DNA of 64,000 nucleotides. Source: a virus (taxonomy: Duplodnaviria; Heunggongvirae; Uroviricota; Caudoviricetes). Both the position numbers and the translations under genes were made by a program. Position 1 is the stretch's first letter, and each line of letters opens with the position of its first letter. The notes under the pieces were generated by a model that was not told where the DNA came from, ran no database searches, and was given only the letters and a program-made list of their open reading frames with translations. This document shows positions 28,153-37,853 of the stretch, piece after piece. The stretch lies in IMG/VR virus record IMGVR_UViG_3300028585_000514; one strand, given 5' to 3'.

Positions 28153-28626
28153 ATGATCTACACTAGAAAACATGTCGAGCAAATCATAAAGGCTCGCGAC
28201 AGTTACTCCTTCTTCCGTACCTTCCTCGAACACCGCACCAATCCAAACATCGACCTAAGCAACAACAAGATCGAGAATGGCGACCGAGACTCCACACTTC
28301 CGTATTTGCTATGGCATGCGATGTACAATCAAAATCAAACCATCCTTGTCGGCACACCAACCTACGTGATGACGGTAGATGCTTGTCGTCGCCTCAAGGA
28401 AATCTACGCTGCATTACCCGAACATATGCGAGCCAAGATCGTTCGTGCTGAGAAGGATGGTATTCAGTTCGACAATGGCGCCCGTATCATCTTCAAAGCC
28501 ATCACACAGAACTTCGGCCGTGGCATGACGGTCAGCAAACTCTACCTCTACGAATACCACATGGTCAAGCCAGAAGTTCGAGCTTCCGTGTATCCATTCT
28601 GGTACGCGTATCCTTTCTTGAAATGA
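28153..28626 (+). CDS. truncated, probably inactive paralog of the terminase large-subunit ATPase domain
   Basis: YLLWHAM, LPEHMR, IQFDNGARI, GRGMTVSKLYLYE align with adjacent TerL; Walker A lost; late promoter 28126-28133. Confidence 0.7.
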   Translation: MIYTRKHVEQIIKARDSYSFFRTFLEHRTNPNIDLSNNKIENGDRDSTLPYLLWHAMYNQNQTILVGTPTYVMTVDACRRLKEIYAALPEHMRAKIVRAEKDGIQFDNGARIIFKAITQNFGRGMTVSKLYLYEYHMVKPEVRASVYPFWYAYPFLK

Positions 28627-28672
28627 CCGCTTCCTGAGGCTATAAATATTTCTTTTCTATAAGGAATATGAT

Positions 28673-30214
28673 ATGGCCGGCGGCAATGATTATCTCAAAG
28701 CACCCAATGCGGAGTCTGAATACTCTCCACAAATGATTCAAGAGTTGGCGAAGTGCAGCAAAGACCCTGTATACTTCATGCGCAACTACATCTTCGTGCA
28801 GCACCCAAAGCATGGGCGCGTCCCATTCGACCTGTATGACTACCAGGAAGAGATGGTTGATTGCATCCACAACAATCGCCACTCAATCGTCCTGGCATCG
28901 CGTCAGGTTGGTAAGACGATCACGATTGCGATCTACCTACTGTGGTTCGCAATGTTCCATGATGACAAGACTGTTCTTGTTGCATCCAACAAGTTCTCTA
29001 ACGCACTAGAGATTATGCAGCGCGTCCAGTACGCGTATGAAGAACTTCCACACTGGTTGAAGCCAGGTGTGTCTGAGTTCAACAAGACCTCGATGGAGTT
29101 CGATAACGGTTCACGTTTCTTCTCCCAAGCTACCACTGGCGATACCGGTCGTGGTAAGTCACTTTCCAAAATGTTCATTGACGAATTGGCGTTCGTACGC
29201 CCTTCAATTCAAGATGAACTATGGGCGTCCATTGCACCAACCCTGTCCACAGGTGGTGATATGATTATCTCGTCGACTCCTAATGGCGACAACGAACTAT
29301 ATGCGACCCTATGGCGCGGTGCTAAGCTAGGTACTAATGGCTTTGCGTGGTGTGAAGTTAACTGGGATCGCCATCCGGATCGTGACGAATCATTCCGTCA
29401 AATGATGATCGGCAAGATCGGCATCATGAAGTGGAACCAGGAATTCGAGAACCAATTCATCTCGTCTGATCCTTTGCTGATCAACTCGATGAAGCTTCAG
29501 CAACTCAAGGCAACTGAACCTCTTTTTGAAGATCGTGGCTTTAAGTTCTGGGGTGAAGCTCCTGATCCTAAGTCTTCGTACTACGTTGGCGTCGATATCT
29601 CGGTCGGCATCAGTGGCGACTACTCGACTGTTGAAGTCCTAGAGTTTCCTTCGATGAAGCAGTTTGCTGAGTTCCGTTCGAACACGATCAGTCCTCAACA
29701 ACTCTACGCTCGAGTGAAATGGATTCTTACCTACCTGAAGACGCCTGCTGCTGGCACAGGTCCAAACGGAAAGACGCCTGAAGTGTACTGGAGCTTCGAG
29801 AATAACGGCGTAGGTGCTTCGATCGTTGCACTATACCAGAATGAGGATAAGTTCCCTGACGCAATCCTGATGAACGACAAGGACCGCATCGGTGTTGTCA
29901 CTAGTTCCAAGTCTAAGCTACTCGCTTGCCTAGAGCTAAAACGCCTGATCGAGAAGACGACAAATGGTATCCAAATCAATTCACAGACTTTGCTCGACGA
30001 ATTGAAGAACTACATCTCTAACGGCAAGACAACGTACCACGCTAAGCAAGGTGCAACGGATGACTTGATCTCGGCAATGCTTGTTGTCATGACTGTCTTG
30101 AAGAAGGCAACTGACTATGAGCCAGAGGTGTTTGACATGATGTATTCGCAAGACGACGACATGATGGATGAAGATGATCCGTTCGGAAGCGAAGCAGCCC
30201 CAATGGTGTTCTAA
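28673..30214 (+). CDS. terL: terminase large subunit (T4 gp17-like)
   Basis: LYDYQ, SRQVGKT, FIDELAF, SSTPNG, WNQEF, GVDIS, ENNGVG, TDDLISA; TATAAATA at 28641-28648. Confidence 0.96.
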   Translation: MAGGNDYLKAPNAESEYSPQMIQELAKCSKDPVYFMRNYIFVQHPKHGRVPFDLYDYQEEMVDCIHNNRHSIVLASRQVGKTITIAIYLLWFAMFHDDKTVLVASNKFSNALEIMQRVQYAYEELPHWLKPGVSEFNKTSMEFDNGSRFFSQATTGDTGRGKSLSKMFIDELAFVRPSIQDELWASIAPTLSTGGDMIISSTPNGDNELYATLWRGAKLGTNGFAWCEVNWDRHPDRDESFRQMMIGKIGIMKWNQEFENQFISSDPLLINSMKLQQLKATEPLFEDRGFKFWGEAPDPKSSYYVGVDISVGISGDYSTVEVLEFPSMKQFAEFRSNTISPQQLYARVKWILTYLKTPAAGTGPNGKTPEVYWSFENNGVGASIVALYQNEDKFPDAILMNDKDRIGVVTSSKSKLLACLELKRLIEKTTNGIQINSQTLLDELKNYISNGKTTYHAKQGATDDLISAMLVVMTVLKKATDYEPEVFDMMYSQDDDMMDEDDPFGSEAAPMVF

Positions 30215-30435
30215 TGAGACTCAAAGCAAGCAAATTTCATGACTACTGGAGAGGAGATGGTGTATTCGTCTCCGTGATCCATCAGAAAGGTTGGCATCTC
30301 CTCGCTGTTCGTCCAAAGCGGTGGCGAGTCGATTGTGTTGAACCACCAGCGAAACCTGGTGTGAAGCGTTGGTACTTCGGTCCGTTTGAGTATGAACGTG
30401 CTCGAGTATCACCAATCGTGAAACCGATTCTGTAA
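30214..30435 (+). CDS. hypothetical protein
   Basis: TAATG coupling to TerL. Confidence 0.55.
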   Translation: MRLKASKFHDYWRGDGVFVSVIHQKGWHLLAVRPKRWRVDCVEPPAKPGVKRWYFGPFEYERARVSPIVKPIL

Positions 30436-30620
30436 GAAATAATCAAGCCGCGTTGTATTACATTCGTAGTACAATATCAATCCTACAACACGGGAGCATT
30501 CGCTCCCGTTCTCTACAAATAACCGCAATGGTTATTGCCAAGAAGTAATCTCCCACGACTACTAATTGCGCTGAATGCGACGCTTACTTGCGGACGCAAT
30601 AACAAAAATAATATGTTCAG

Positions 30621-31802
30621 ATGCTATCAAAATTTGCTAAGTTCCATGAGGAATTCAAGGCCACCAAGCTTTGGACGAACATGGAAGCCACGTGTGAAAA
30701 CTCACCGTGGCATCGTGAAGCGAACGTTGCAGTCCACACACAAATGATCATTGATCATTATCTGGCCAACTTCGCATCACAACGTACGCCGCGCCAACAG
30801 GCTCTGACTCTTCTGTCGATCCTGTTCCATGACACTGGAAAACCAGTCGCTAAGAAATCCAAACACACTGAAGAGCGTGGACACTACCAAAGCTTTGGTG
30901 GCCATGAACATGTCTCGGCACGTTTGTGGGAGGACTACGCGGTTGAGAACTGGAACAAGTGGAAGCAACTCAAGTCAACGTTCGAGCTGAAGGACACCGA
31001 CATCTACTTGATTTCGTGGATCATCGAAAACCATTTGCCACATCGTCTCGACAATGAACGTGACCTGCAAAACCTGGCAAATATGCTGAACTCGGAACCA
31101 TTCGAGTACGGTGAACTTGCTACCGTCTACTTCGACCAAATCATCTCTGATCAAGCTGGCCGTATTTCGGACAACCAAGAGAAGAACATGGCTGAGGTCC
31201 AGGAATTCATCCTGGGGATCAAAACGTCTACGCCTCATACGACTACTGACCGGTATGTCGTCGAAGAGCGTAGGAACAATCCTAATATGCCTAAGTTGGT
31301 TCTGATGGTCGGAGCTTCTGGTTCGGGTAAGTCTACGTACTCGTCCAAGCTGGAGAAGGAAGGTTACGAGTACTTCTCGCTCGACGCTTCGCGTATCAAG
31401 TATGCGAAAGAAAATGGTGTGAAAGGCAGCAACCCAATTGATGTTTACGCTCGCGCATTTGCATACTGTGACAAGCATCGTGGTCCGTTCCGTCAATACG
31501 CTACTCGCCAGTTCGACGACTTGCTCGACGCCAAAGAAAACATCATCATCGACAATACCAACGTGAGCCGCAAAGCTCGCTACGACTATATCGGTGCTGC
31601 TAGGAATCATGGCTACGAAATCGTCTGTGCACTGTTCCCGATCACCAAGTCGGAACTGTTGAAACGCCAGAAAGCTCGTAAGGACAAGACGGTTCCGATT
31701 GTTGCTGTTCTCGACCAGTACAAGCGCATCGAGATGCCTTGGATTGGGAGTGAATGCCATCGTATCGATGTGTCGATGGGGAACGTCGATGGCTCTGATT
31801 AA
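30621..31802 (+). CDS. HD-domain plus P-loop (AAA_33/Pnk-like) kinase fusion
   Basis: WHRE.NV..HT, LFHDTGK, GHE..S, H; then MVGASGSGKST, IIDNTN..R..R. Confidence 0.85.
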   Translation: MLSKFAKFHEEFKATKLWTNMEATCENSPWHREANVAVHTQMIIDHYLANFASQRTPRQQALTLLSILFHDTGKPVAKKSKHTEERGHYQSFGGHEHVSARLWEDYAVENWNKWKQLKSTFELKDTDIYLISWIIENHLPHRLDNERDLQNLANMLNSEPFEYGELATVYFDQIISDQAGRISDNQEKNMAEVQEFILGIKTSTPHTTTDRYVVEERRNNPNMPKLVLMVGASGSGKSTYSSKLEKEGYEYFSLDASRIKYAKENGVKGSNPIDVYARAFAYCDKHRGPFRQYATRQFDDLLDAKENIIIDNTNVSRKARYDYIGAARNHGYEIVCALFPITKSELLKRQKARKDKTVPIVAVLDQYKRIEMPWIGSECHRIDVSMGNVDGSD

Positions 31803-32313
31803 GACCGAACCCAAGCACCGCGTGTTCATCGATACCGAGTTCACCGACTTCAAAAATTCGCAGTTGATCAGCATTGGCCTCGTCTCCGAGACTGGTGCTG
31901 AACTCTACCTCGAAACCACGTTCCCTCAAAACGAGTGCAGTGACTTTGTCAAAGCTGTTGTGTGGCCATTGTTGTGGCACACTCCCGATGTGACTGTCAC
32001 TTCGCTTGAGATTGCTGATCGAATCCTTGCGTGGTTGGAATCGATTCGACGCGGCGACGAGGACATCGAAATCATGTATGACTACATCACTGATTTGAGG
32101 CTCTTCGTTGAAGCGACCGACAATCGTTTGCCGTCATATGTGCACGCTCAACACATTGGTCCTAACCACTTTTCGAAGAAGATCGCGAAGATGTGGATGG
32201 ACCAAGAAGGTCTTGCGGAACACCATGCTTTGTATGATGCTCGTGCAAATAAGTTCGCTTACTTCGCAGAGTTAAATCGAAAGCAAAAACAGCAGGAAAT
32301 AAACCGCGTGTAG
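31789..32313 (+). CDS. DEDDh 3'-5' exoribonuclease (Rv2179c-like)
   Basis: FIDTEF, LISIGLV, D, HHALYDAR. Confidence 0.85.
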   Translation: MALIKTEPKHRVFIDTEFTDFKNSQLISIGLVSETGAELYLETTFPQNECSDFVKAVVWPLLWHTPDVTVTSLEIADRILAWLESIRRGDEDIEIMYDYITDLRLFVEATDNRLPSYVHAQHIGPNHFSKKIAKMWMDQEGLAEHHALYDARANKFAYFAELNRKQKQQEINRV

Positions 32314-32400
32314 TACAATGCTTCACATCGAGACATGCACAACAATGTGTGTCTCGACTTCCAAAAGTTATACATCTCCTAGTTATAACGCCCTCACTTC

Positions 32401-32432
32401 TTAGACAAAACAAATCTCCTTGTTTTGTCTAA
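32401..32432. repeat. perfect 13-bp inverted repeat
   Basis: TTAGACAAAACAA-ATCTCC-TTGTTTTGTCTAA. Confidence 0.8.
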
Positions 32433-32540
32433 CACCCCTGAAATTCCTTATAAATACTTCTGTCATAGGCATGGTGCCGACTGACAATTTTATCTGATTT
32501 TCAAAAATCACTTTTCCAATTTACTTTACGGAGTTTTCAT

Positions 32541-33482
32541 ATGTCATCCAAACTAGACGCACTAAAAGCAGCATTCGCACCAAAAGAGAAGAAAGAGTTC
32601 TCGTTCACGAAGTTCTTCAACTTCTGGAAAATGGAAGCCGGCGAAACTGCTATCGTTCGCTTCATCAAAGACGCCAACCCTGACAATCCTCGTCAGTTCG
32701 TTGTCGACAATCTCACCCACTCCCTAACCGTCAATGGCAAGAAGCGCGTCGTCGCTTGCTTGGAAATGCACGGCGAGGAATGCCCGATCTGCCAACTCTC
32801 CCGTGACTATTACGACCAAGCTCGTGCTGCTGGCGAGACCAAGGAAAATCCTGGTCCTCTGATGGCTCTCGGTAAGAAGTACTACCGCAAGAAAGAGCAT
32901 ATCGGTCAGGTCATCGTGCAGTCCAGCCCGATCGAGTACGAGAAGAATGAAGGCCACGATAACGAAATGCCGATCGCAATCGGTCCACAAATCTTCAAAC
33001 TAATCCAAGCCGCGTTCTCCTCAGGCGACCTGGATGAAGTGCCTTACGAACTGAAAGGTGGTTACGACTTCCGTATCACCAAGTCGATGCAAGGTACCAA
33101 CGCTAACTACACCCTGTCGAAGTTCGCTCCAAAGCAAACCGACGTGGCTGACGACGTTATCGCTGGTCTGAACCCATACGACCTGAACACCCTTCGCAAT
33201 CGTAAGACCGATCGCGCCACCATGGAAGCAATGCTGATCGCTGACCAAACCGGTCAACCACTAGCACTGCCAACCAAGGAACAGGAAAGCGACGACGATG
33301 GCCTCAACTTCGTCTCGAAGGCTGCAGCACAAGCTGTGACCACTCCTGCAACTGCTGCTCCAACCGCTGCTCCTGCTCCGGTTGCTGAAGAAGTTGAATC
33401 GGCAGAACCTGCTGCAAACAAAGTCAACGACGTGCTAGCACAAATTCGTGCTCGTGCCGCTGCTAAAGCTGCAGGCGCTTAA
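32541..33482 (+). CDS. gp32: single-stranded DNA-binding protein (gp32-like)
   Basis: AIVRF, H...CL..HGEECPIC Zn site, GYDFRITK, ANY..SKF, C-terminal LAQIRAR; precedes uvsX; TATAAATA at 32449. Confidence 0.85.
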   Translation: MSSKLDALKAAFAPKEKKEFSFTKFFNFWKMEAGETAIVRFIKDANPDNPRQFVVDNLTHSLTVNGKKRVVACLEMHGEECPICQLSRDYYDQARAAGETKENPGPLMALGKKYYRKKEHIGQVIVQSSPIEYEKNEGHDNEMPIAIGPQIFKLIQAAFSSGDLDEVPYELKGGYDFRITKSMQGTNANYTLSKFAPKQTDVADDVIAGLNPYDLNTLRNRKTDRATMEAMLIADQTGQPLALPTKEQESDDDGLNFVSKAAAQAVTTPATAAPTAAPAPVAEEVESAEPAANKVNDVLAQIRARAAAKAAGA

Positions 33483-33495
33483 TTAGTTAAGCATT

Positions 33496-33525
33496 AAACG
33501 CAAGGTCCTCGATGACCTTGCGTTT
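33496..33525 (+). terminator. hairpin/terminator
   Basis: AAACGCAAGGTC...GACCTTGCGTTT. Confidence 0.65.
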
Positions 33526-33562
33526 CTCCTAAAACAAAAACAATACTGAGGAGATTCCCCAT

Positions 33563-34648
33563 ATGGCCGGTCTAGGCTTCCTAAAAGACTTTCGTAAGAA
33601 AGTCGACTCAATGACGAACGTGTCGACCACGTTCACCCCACCAAAAAAATGGTTCTCAACTGGTAACTACGCAATCAACCGAGTCCTCTCTGGCTCGTAT
33701 ATTCGTGGCTATCCCGCTGGCCGTCTAACCTGTGTTGCTGGTCCATCCGCATCCGGTAAATCGTTCCTAACCTGTAACGCGATTCGTGAAGCTCAAAAGG
33801 AAGGTGCATTCATTCTAGTCCTTGACTCAGAAAACGCACTCGATCCAGTCTTCATGAAGAAAATCGGCGTGGACGTGGACCCAAGCAAACTGATGTACGT
33901 TCAAGTCGTCACCATCCAGGACTGCACCGCTGTTCTATCGAGCTTCCTAAAAGGCTACGAAAAAGAATACGGTCGTTACAACAAAGAAGCTCCTGATGTT
34001 GTGATTGTTCTCGACTCCCTAGGTAACCTGCTTACCGACGGTGAAGACGAGAAGTTCGAGAAGGGCGTACAAACCGGTGACCAAGGTCAATCGGCAAAGT
34101 TGAAGAAGCACATGCTTCGTACCCTAGTTTCACGTTTCGCTCGTCTTGACATTCCAATGATCTTCACCGATCAAGTGTATCCACAAGACATCATGCTTGG
34201 CGACGGCCCATGGGCTATCACCAACGGCGTGAAATACTCCACCTCCCAGATTGCTCTGATCACCAAGTTGAACTTGAAGGACACCGACAAGGAATTCATC
34301 GGTATCAAGATGCGAGTTGAATCATACAAGTCACGCTTCGCTAAGCCGAAGACCAAGACTGAAGTTGAAGTACCATATACCACTGGTATGTCGCCATTCA
34401 ACGGTATGTTCGAACTGATGGAGCTGGACGGTATCCTAACCAAGGTGGGCTACAGCTGGGTGACCACTGTTGACGGTGAGGAAATCAAATTCCAAGAGAA
34501 GAATTGCACACAAGAAATCGTGGACAAGCTACTCAAACACCCGATCATCCTGAAGATGGAAAAAGACTTCGAAGACGAAGAAGCTGCAGAGGCAACTGTG
34601 TTCGCTGAAACCGTCATCGCTGACTCCGAAGCTGCGGAATCTGAATAA
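33563..34648 (+). CDS. uvsX: RecA-like recombinase UvsX
   Basis: STGNYAIN..LSG, GPSASGKS, LDSENA, LDSLGNL, YKSRF. Confidence 0.93.
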   Translation: MAGLGFLKDFRKKVDSMTNVSTTFTPPKKWFSTGNYAINRVLSGSYIRGYPAGRLTCVAGPSASGKSFLTCNAIREAQKEGAFILVLDSENALDPVFMKKIGVDVDPSKLMYVQVVTIQDCTAVLSSFLKGYEKEYGRYNKEAPDVVIVLDSLGNLLTDGEDEKFEKGVQTGDQGQSAKLKKHMLRTLVSRFARLDIPMIFTDQVYPQDIMLGDGPWAITNGVKYSTSQIALITKLNLKDTDKEFIGIKMRVESYKSRFAKPKTKTEVEVPYTTGMSPFNGMFELMELDGILTKVGYSWVTTVDGEEIKFQEKNCTQEIVDKLLKHPIILKMEKDFEDEEAAEATVFAETVIADSEAAESE

Positions 34649-34652
34649 ACTC

Positions 34653-34678
34653 AATGGGAGACTTCGGTCTCCCATTTT
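34653..34678 (+). terminator. intrinsic terminator with cUUCGg loop
   Basis: AATGGGAGAC-TTCG-GTCTCCCATTTT. Confidence 0.8.
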
Positions 34679-34693
34679 CAACAAGACACCAAC

Positions 34694-34885
34694 ATGAAAA
34701 AACATCAACACGTATCCAACTTCCGTTTTGACATCCACATCACCGGCGCCGAGAATGGCTTCCTAGTCGAAGCACCAGTTGTCGGCAACGGCGGTTCTGT
34801 CACCATGGACCTCACCGTCTGTGCTACGAAAGAAGCAGTCCTAACTCTGATTGGCAATCGCATCGACGCATTCTATAAGGACTGA
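34694..34885 (+). CDS. hypothetical protein
   Basis: Short ORF (I..AENGFLV). Confidence 0.6.
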   Translation: MKKHQHVSNFRFDIHITGAENGFLVEAPVVGNGGSVTMDLTVCATKEAVLTLIGNRIDAFYKD

Positions 34886-34887
34886 TC

Positions 34888-35349
34888 ATGGGTACAGTAA
34901 TCGCAGATGCAACGAAGAATATCACTTCGGTCATTCCTCGAATTGAAGCAGCGAACGATTACATTGATACTGCTGAAAAGGACCTGAACTTCGATGACAA
35001 GAATCTCGAGCAAATCTGTAAGGATCATGCTAAGAACATTTACCGCGTGAGTAAACATCTGAACGAGATGAAGGCCATCGATGAATTCTTCAAAGCGAAA
35101 CTTGCAGCGATTGAATCGAAGTACTGGAAGAAGTATAACGAGAACTACGCTCGTGCTCTAAGTGCAAGGGACATTCAGGCATACATTGCCGGTGAACCCG
35201 AGTACACGGAGATGCTTGAACTGCAGCTTGAGGTAAACTACACCAAGCGACAGTTGGAATCGATCTATGAGGCGCTGAAGGATATGGGATGGCAGATCAA
35301 GTATGTGACTGACCTTCGCATTAACGAACTTCAAGATGTTGTTTTGTAA
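34888..35349 (+). CDS. uvsY: recombination mediator UvsY
   Basis: Helical; YNENY.RALSARD...YIAGEPE, AL...GWQIK; lies between uvsX and uvsW. Confidence 0.75.
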   Translation: MGTVIADATKNITSVIPRIEAANDYIDTAEKDLNFDDKNLEQICKDHAKNIYRVSKHLNEMKAIDEFFKAKLAAIESKYWKKYNENYARALSARDIQAYIAGEPEYTEMLELQLEVNYTKRQLESIYEALKDMGWQIKYVTDLRINELQDVVL

Positions 35350-35388
35350 CAATCGACATTTTTCCTTAAAGCGTGATACAATGCTCAC

Positions 35389-35733
35389 ATGATCAACCCT
35401 CATGTGAGTCGTCTCATGAAGAAGGTTCTATTCACTGTGTTGGTGTTAGCTTCGTCGCTGGTTCATGCTTATGAGCAGGCGAAGCGTAAAAGCGTTGAGC
35501 AGCTCTTCATACCCCTTGGCGAGAGCTGCGAGCAGTACTATTCGCTAAATCCTCCTGGTAAGATTTGCCTGAAAGGGCAGCTCCACTTTCAAGTGTACGA
35601 CATCGTATACGAGATACGCGGAGTGCTTCGCAAAGTCCGACTGACGTATATCCCCGAACAAACCTTTGAAGTCGATCTTGACGGAACGGTGAAGCCGAGG
35701 AACCATCACATCAGGCCAGACCAAAGCTTCTAA
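35389..35733 (+). CDS. hypothetical secreted protein
   Basis: MKKVLFTVLVLASSLVHA signal peptide (true start probably 35416); own sigma70-like promoter and terminator 35752-35778. Confidence 0.6.
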   Translation: MINPHVSRLMKKVLFTVLVLASSLVHAYEQAKRKSVEQLFIPLGESCEQYYSLNPPGKICLKGQLHFQVYDIVYEIRGVLRKVRLTYIPEQTFEVDLDGTVKPRNHHIRPDQSF

Positions 35734-35812
35734 GCAATCTTTGCATCATTCAAAAGGGACCCAACGAGGTCCCTTTTTGCTATGAAAAACAATAACAAAA
35801 ATAATATGTTTA

Positions 35813-37219
35813 ATGGCAACAGCAAAAATCTCCATCAAAGATGAGGTTTACTGTTTCGTTACCGGTTTAGCAAGTCCCCACCAAAAGAAATTATGGGACA
35901 CCTTTGGTGTTCGAATTGAAGGCGCGGTGTTTCACCCCGCAGTCAAGCTTGGGCGCTGGGATGGCTTTGTCCGGTTCTTCGAACCAACAGGTAAAACCTA
36001 CAATCGTCTACTAGACCGTATCGTTCCATTCCTCCTGGAATGGGAATATGAAGTCGAAATTGAAGACAAACGTGTTCAAGTCAAACGTCCAGATTCACGA
36101 GCATCATCTGATATGTTCGGTCACATCATGGGCTATCGTGGCAAGCCTCTCGAAGTTCGTCCTTATCAGGTCGAAGCAATCAATGCTCTGGTCGAAGAAG
36201 GTTCTGGCTTCGTCATCGCAGGAACTGGCGCAGGGAAGTCCCTGATCACTGCAGGGCTATGCGAGGTGTACGGCCGATCTGGTTATCGCACGATCACCAT
36301 TGTGCCCTCAGGCGACCTCGTATCACAAACGTTCGATGCCTTCACCATGTGTGGCATGGATGTCGGTCGATACTCCGGTGATTTCAAAGAGCTACATGCA
36401 CAACACGTAGTCGCGACATGGCAAAGTTTGCAGAACGCGCCACAAGTGATGAAAATGTTCCAGGTGGTTGTGATTGACGAAGCCCACGGAGCGAAAGCTG
36501 ATGTGATAAAATCTCTTATCAGCGATCATGGAGGACATATCGCATTTCGATTCGGTGTCACGGGAACATTCCCTAAGCCTGAAATCGACAAGATGAACTT
36601 GATTACGACCATCGGTCCAATCCTCAAGACCATCACCTCCAAATGGCTGATTGACAACGGCTACCTTGCCGAAGTCGAGATTGAAATCCTCGAGACACAA
36701 GAAGATGTTGACTTGCCGGATTACTCCGCTGAGAAGGCATATCTTGCCCGCGCTGAAGATCGACTAGACCACCTTGCGTGGCGTATCAAGCAGGACATGC
36801 AACTATTCGGGAACACCCTTGTTCTCGTTAACAGCATTCCATTCGGACGCAAACTCGCTAAACTGATTGAAGGCGCCGTCTTCCTTTCAGGCGAAAGCGA
36901 GAATGATCTACGTCAGGAAAACTACAAAGAATACGAACATCGCGACGATGTGATCGTTATCGCCTCAAGCGGTATCGCATCCACTGGCATTTCGATTGAC
37001 CGTATCTTCTGCTTATACTTGATCGACTCTGGTAAATCCTTCATCAAAGCTATTCAAAGTATCGGTCGCGGCCTACGTCGTGCTGATGACAAGAATAAGG
37101 TCTACGTTAAGGACGTTTCATCATCCATGAAGTACTCCAAAAAGCATTGCAAAGAACGCATCAAATGGTACGATGAAGCTGGTTATCCGCGTTCCAAGCC
37201 TAAGAAAATCACGTACTAA
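35813..37219 (+). CDS. uvsW: UvsW SF2 DNA helicase
   Basis: GRWDG, RPYQ, GTGAGKS, IDEAH, GVTGT, QSIGRGLR. Confidence 0.93.
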   Translation: MATAKISIKDEVYCFVTGLASPHQKKLWDTFGVRIEGAVFHPAVKLGRWDGFVRFFEPTGKTYNRLLDRIVPFLLEWEYEVEIEDKRVQVKRPDSRASSDMFGHIMGYRGKPLEVRPYQVEAINALVEEGSGFVIAGTGAGKSLITAGLCEVYGRSGYRTITIVPSGDLVSQTFDAFTMCGMDVGRYSGDFKELHAQHVVATWQSLQNAPQVMKMFQVVVIDEAHGAKADVIKSLISDHGGHIAFRFGVTGTFPKPEIDKMNLITTIGPILKTITSKWLIDNGYLAEVEIEILETQEDVDLPDYSAEKAYLARAEDRLDHLAWRIKQDMQLFGNTLVLVNSIPFGRKLAKLIEGAVFLSGESENDLRQENYKEYEHRDDVIVIASSGIASTGISIDRIFCLYLIDSGKSFIKAIQSIGRGLRRADDKNKVYVKDVSSSMKYSKKHCKERIKWYDEAGYPRSKPKKITY

Positions 37220-37247
37220 ATTCCATACACAATAAAAGGAACTGAAC

Positions 37248-37421
37248 ATGTCGCAAGCAATTATCAATCAAATCAAGGATGCAACCGAAGCTAAGGATGC
37301 GAGCAAACTCGACCTGGCGCTTCGCGCACAGTATCACTTCGAGAATCGTGGTCGTGCAGTTGACACCACTGGCATCGAATTCGTTGCTGTCAAGAATATT
37401 GATCCTAAGTTTTACGGATAA
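37248..37421 (+). CDS. 57-aa hypothetical (not in ORF track)
   Basis: SD AAGGA; MSQAIINQIKDATEAKDASKLDLALRAQYHFENRGRAVDTTGIEFVAVKNIDPKFYG*. Confidence 0.6.
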   Translation: MSQAIINQIKDATEAKDASKLDLALRAQYHFENRGRAVDTTGIEFVAVKNIDPKFYG

Positions 37422-37445
37422 TCTTGCGACGCGTTTAACACGATT

Positions 37446-37853
37446 ATGACGACTCAACTAACCGCAAGAATGGAAGTCGTTCTAGAAGAAGTCGCAATGG
37501 ATGTTCGCGACTTCATTCGGAACATGTTTGGTCACCCAAACGATGCAAAGACTCGTGCTATCATCCAAAATGAAATCAGCGCGTACCTAAATTACAACCA
37601 CGATATCGATCACGGCTATTGCCAATGCGACGACACCAATAATCCTCTGAATGATGTGCGGTACGGCAAACTAACTGTCGCCATGCATTTTTCGATCGAT
37701 GGTGTATTGTTTGTCGGCTCCGCGATCGTTGACCCTACTTCACAAAGCTACGTCGATGTTGAAGTCAACTTCTTTATGCAACAACGCCGCTTCGGCAAAC
37801 CTGTTGTTACTAAAGACATGCCAGCAGATTTGGCACGCACCCTAGGATTCTAA
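37446..37853 (+). CDS. stand-alone tail-sheath C-terminal-domain-like protein
   Basis: FGHPNDAKTRAII...I..YL...CQCDDTNNP...GKLTV matches the gp18 C-terminal pattern. Confidence 0.6.
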   Translation: MTTQLTARMEVVLEEVAMDVRDFIRNMFGHPNDAKTRAIIQNEISAYLNYNHDIDHGYCQCDDTNNPLNDVRYGKLTVAMHFSIDGVLFVGSAIVDPTSQSYVDVEVNFFMQQRRFGKPVVTKDMPADLARTLGF

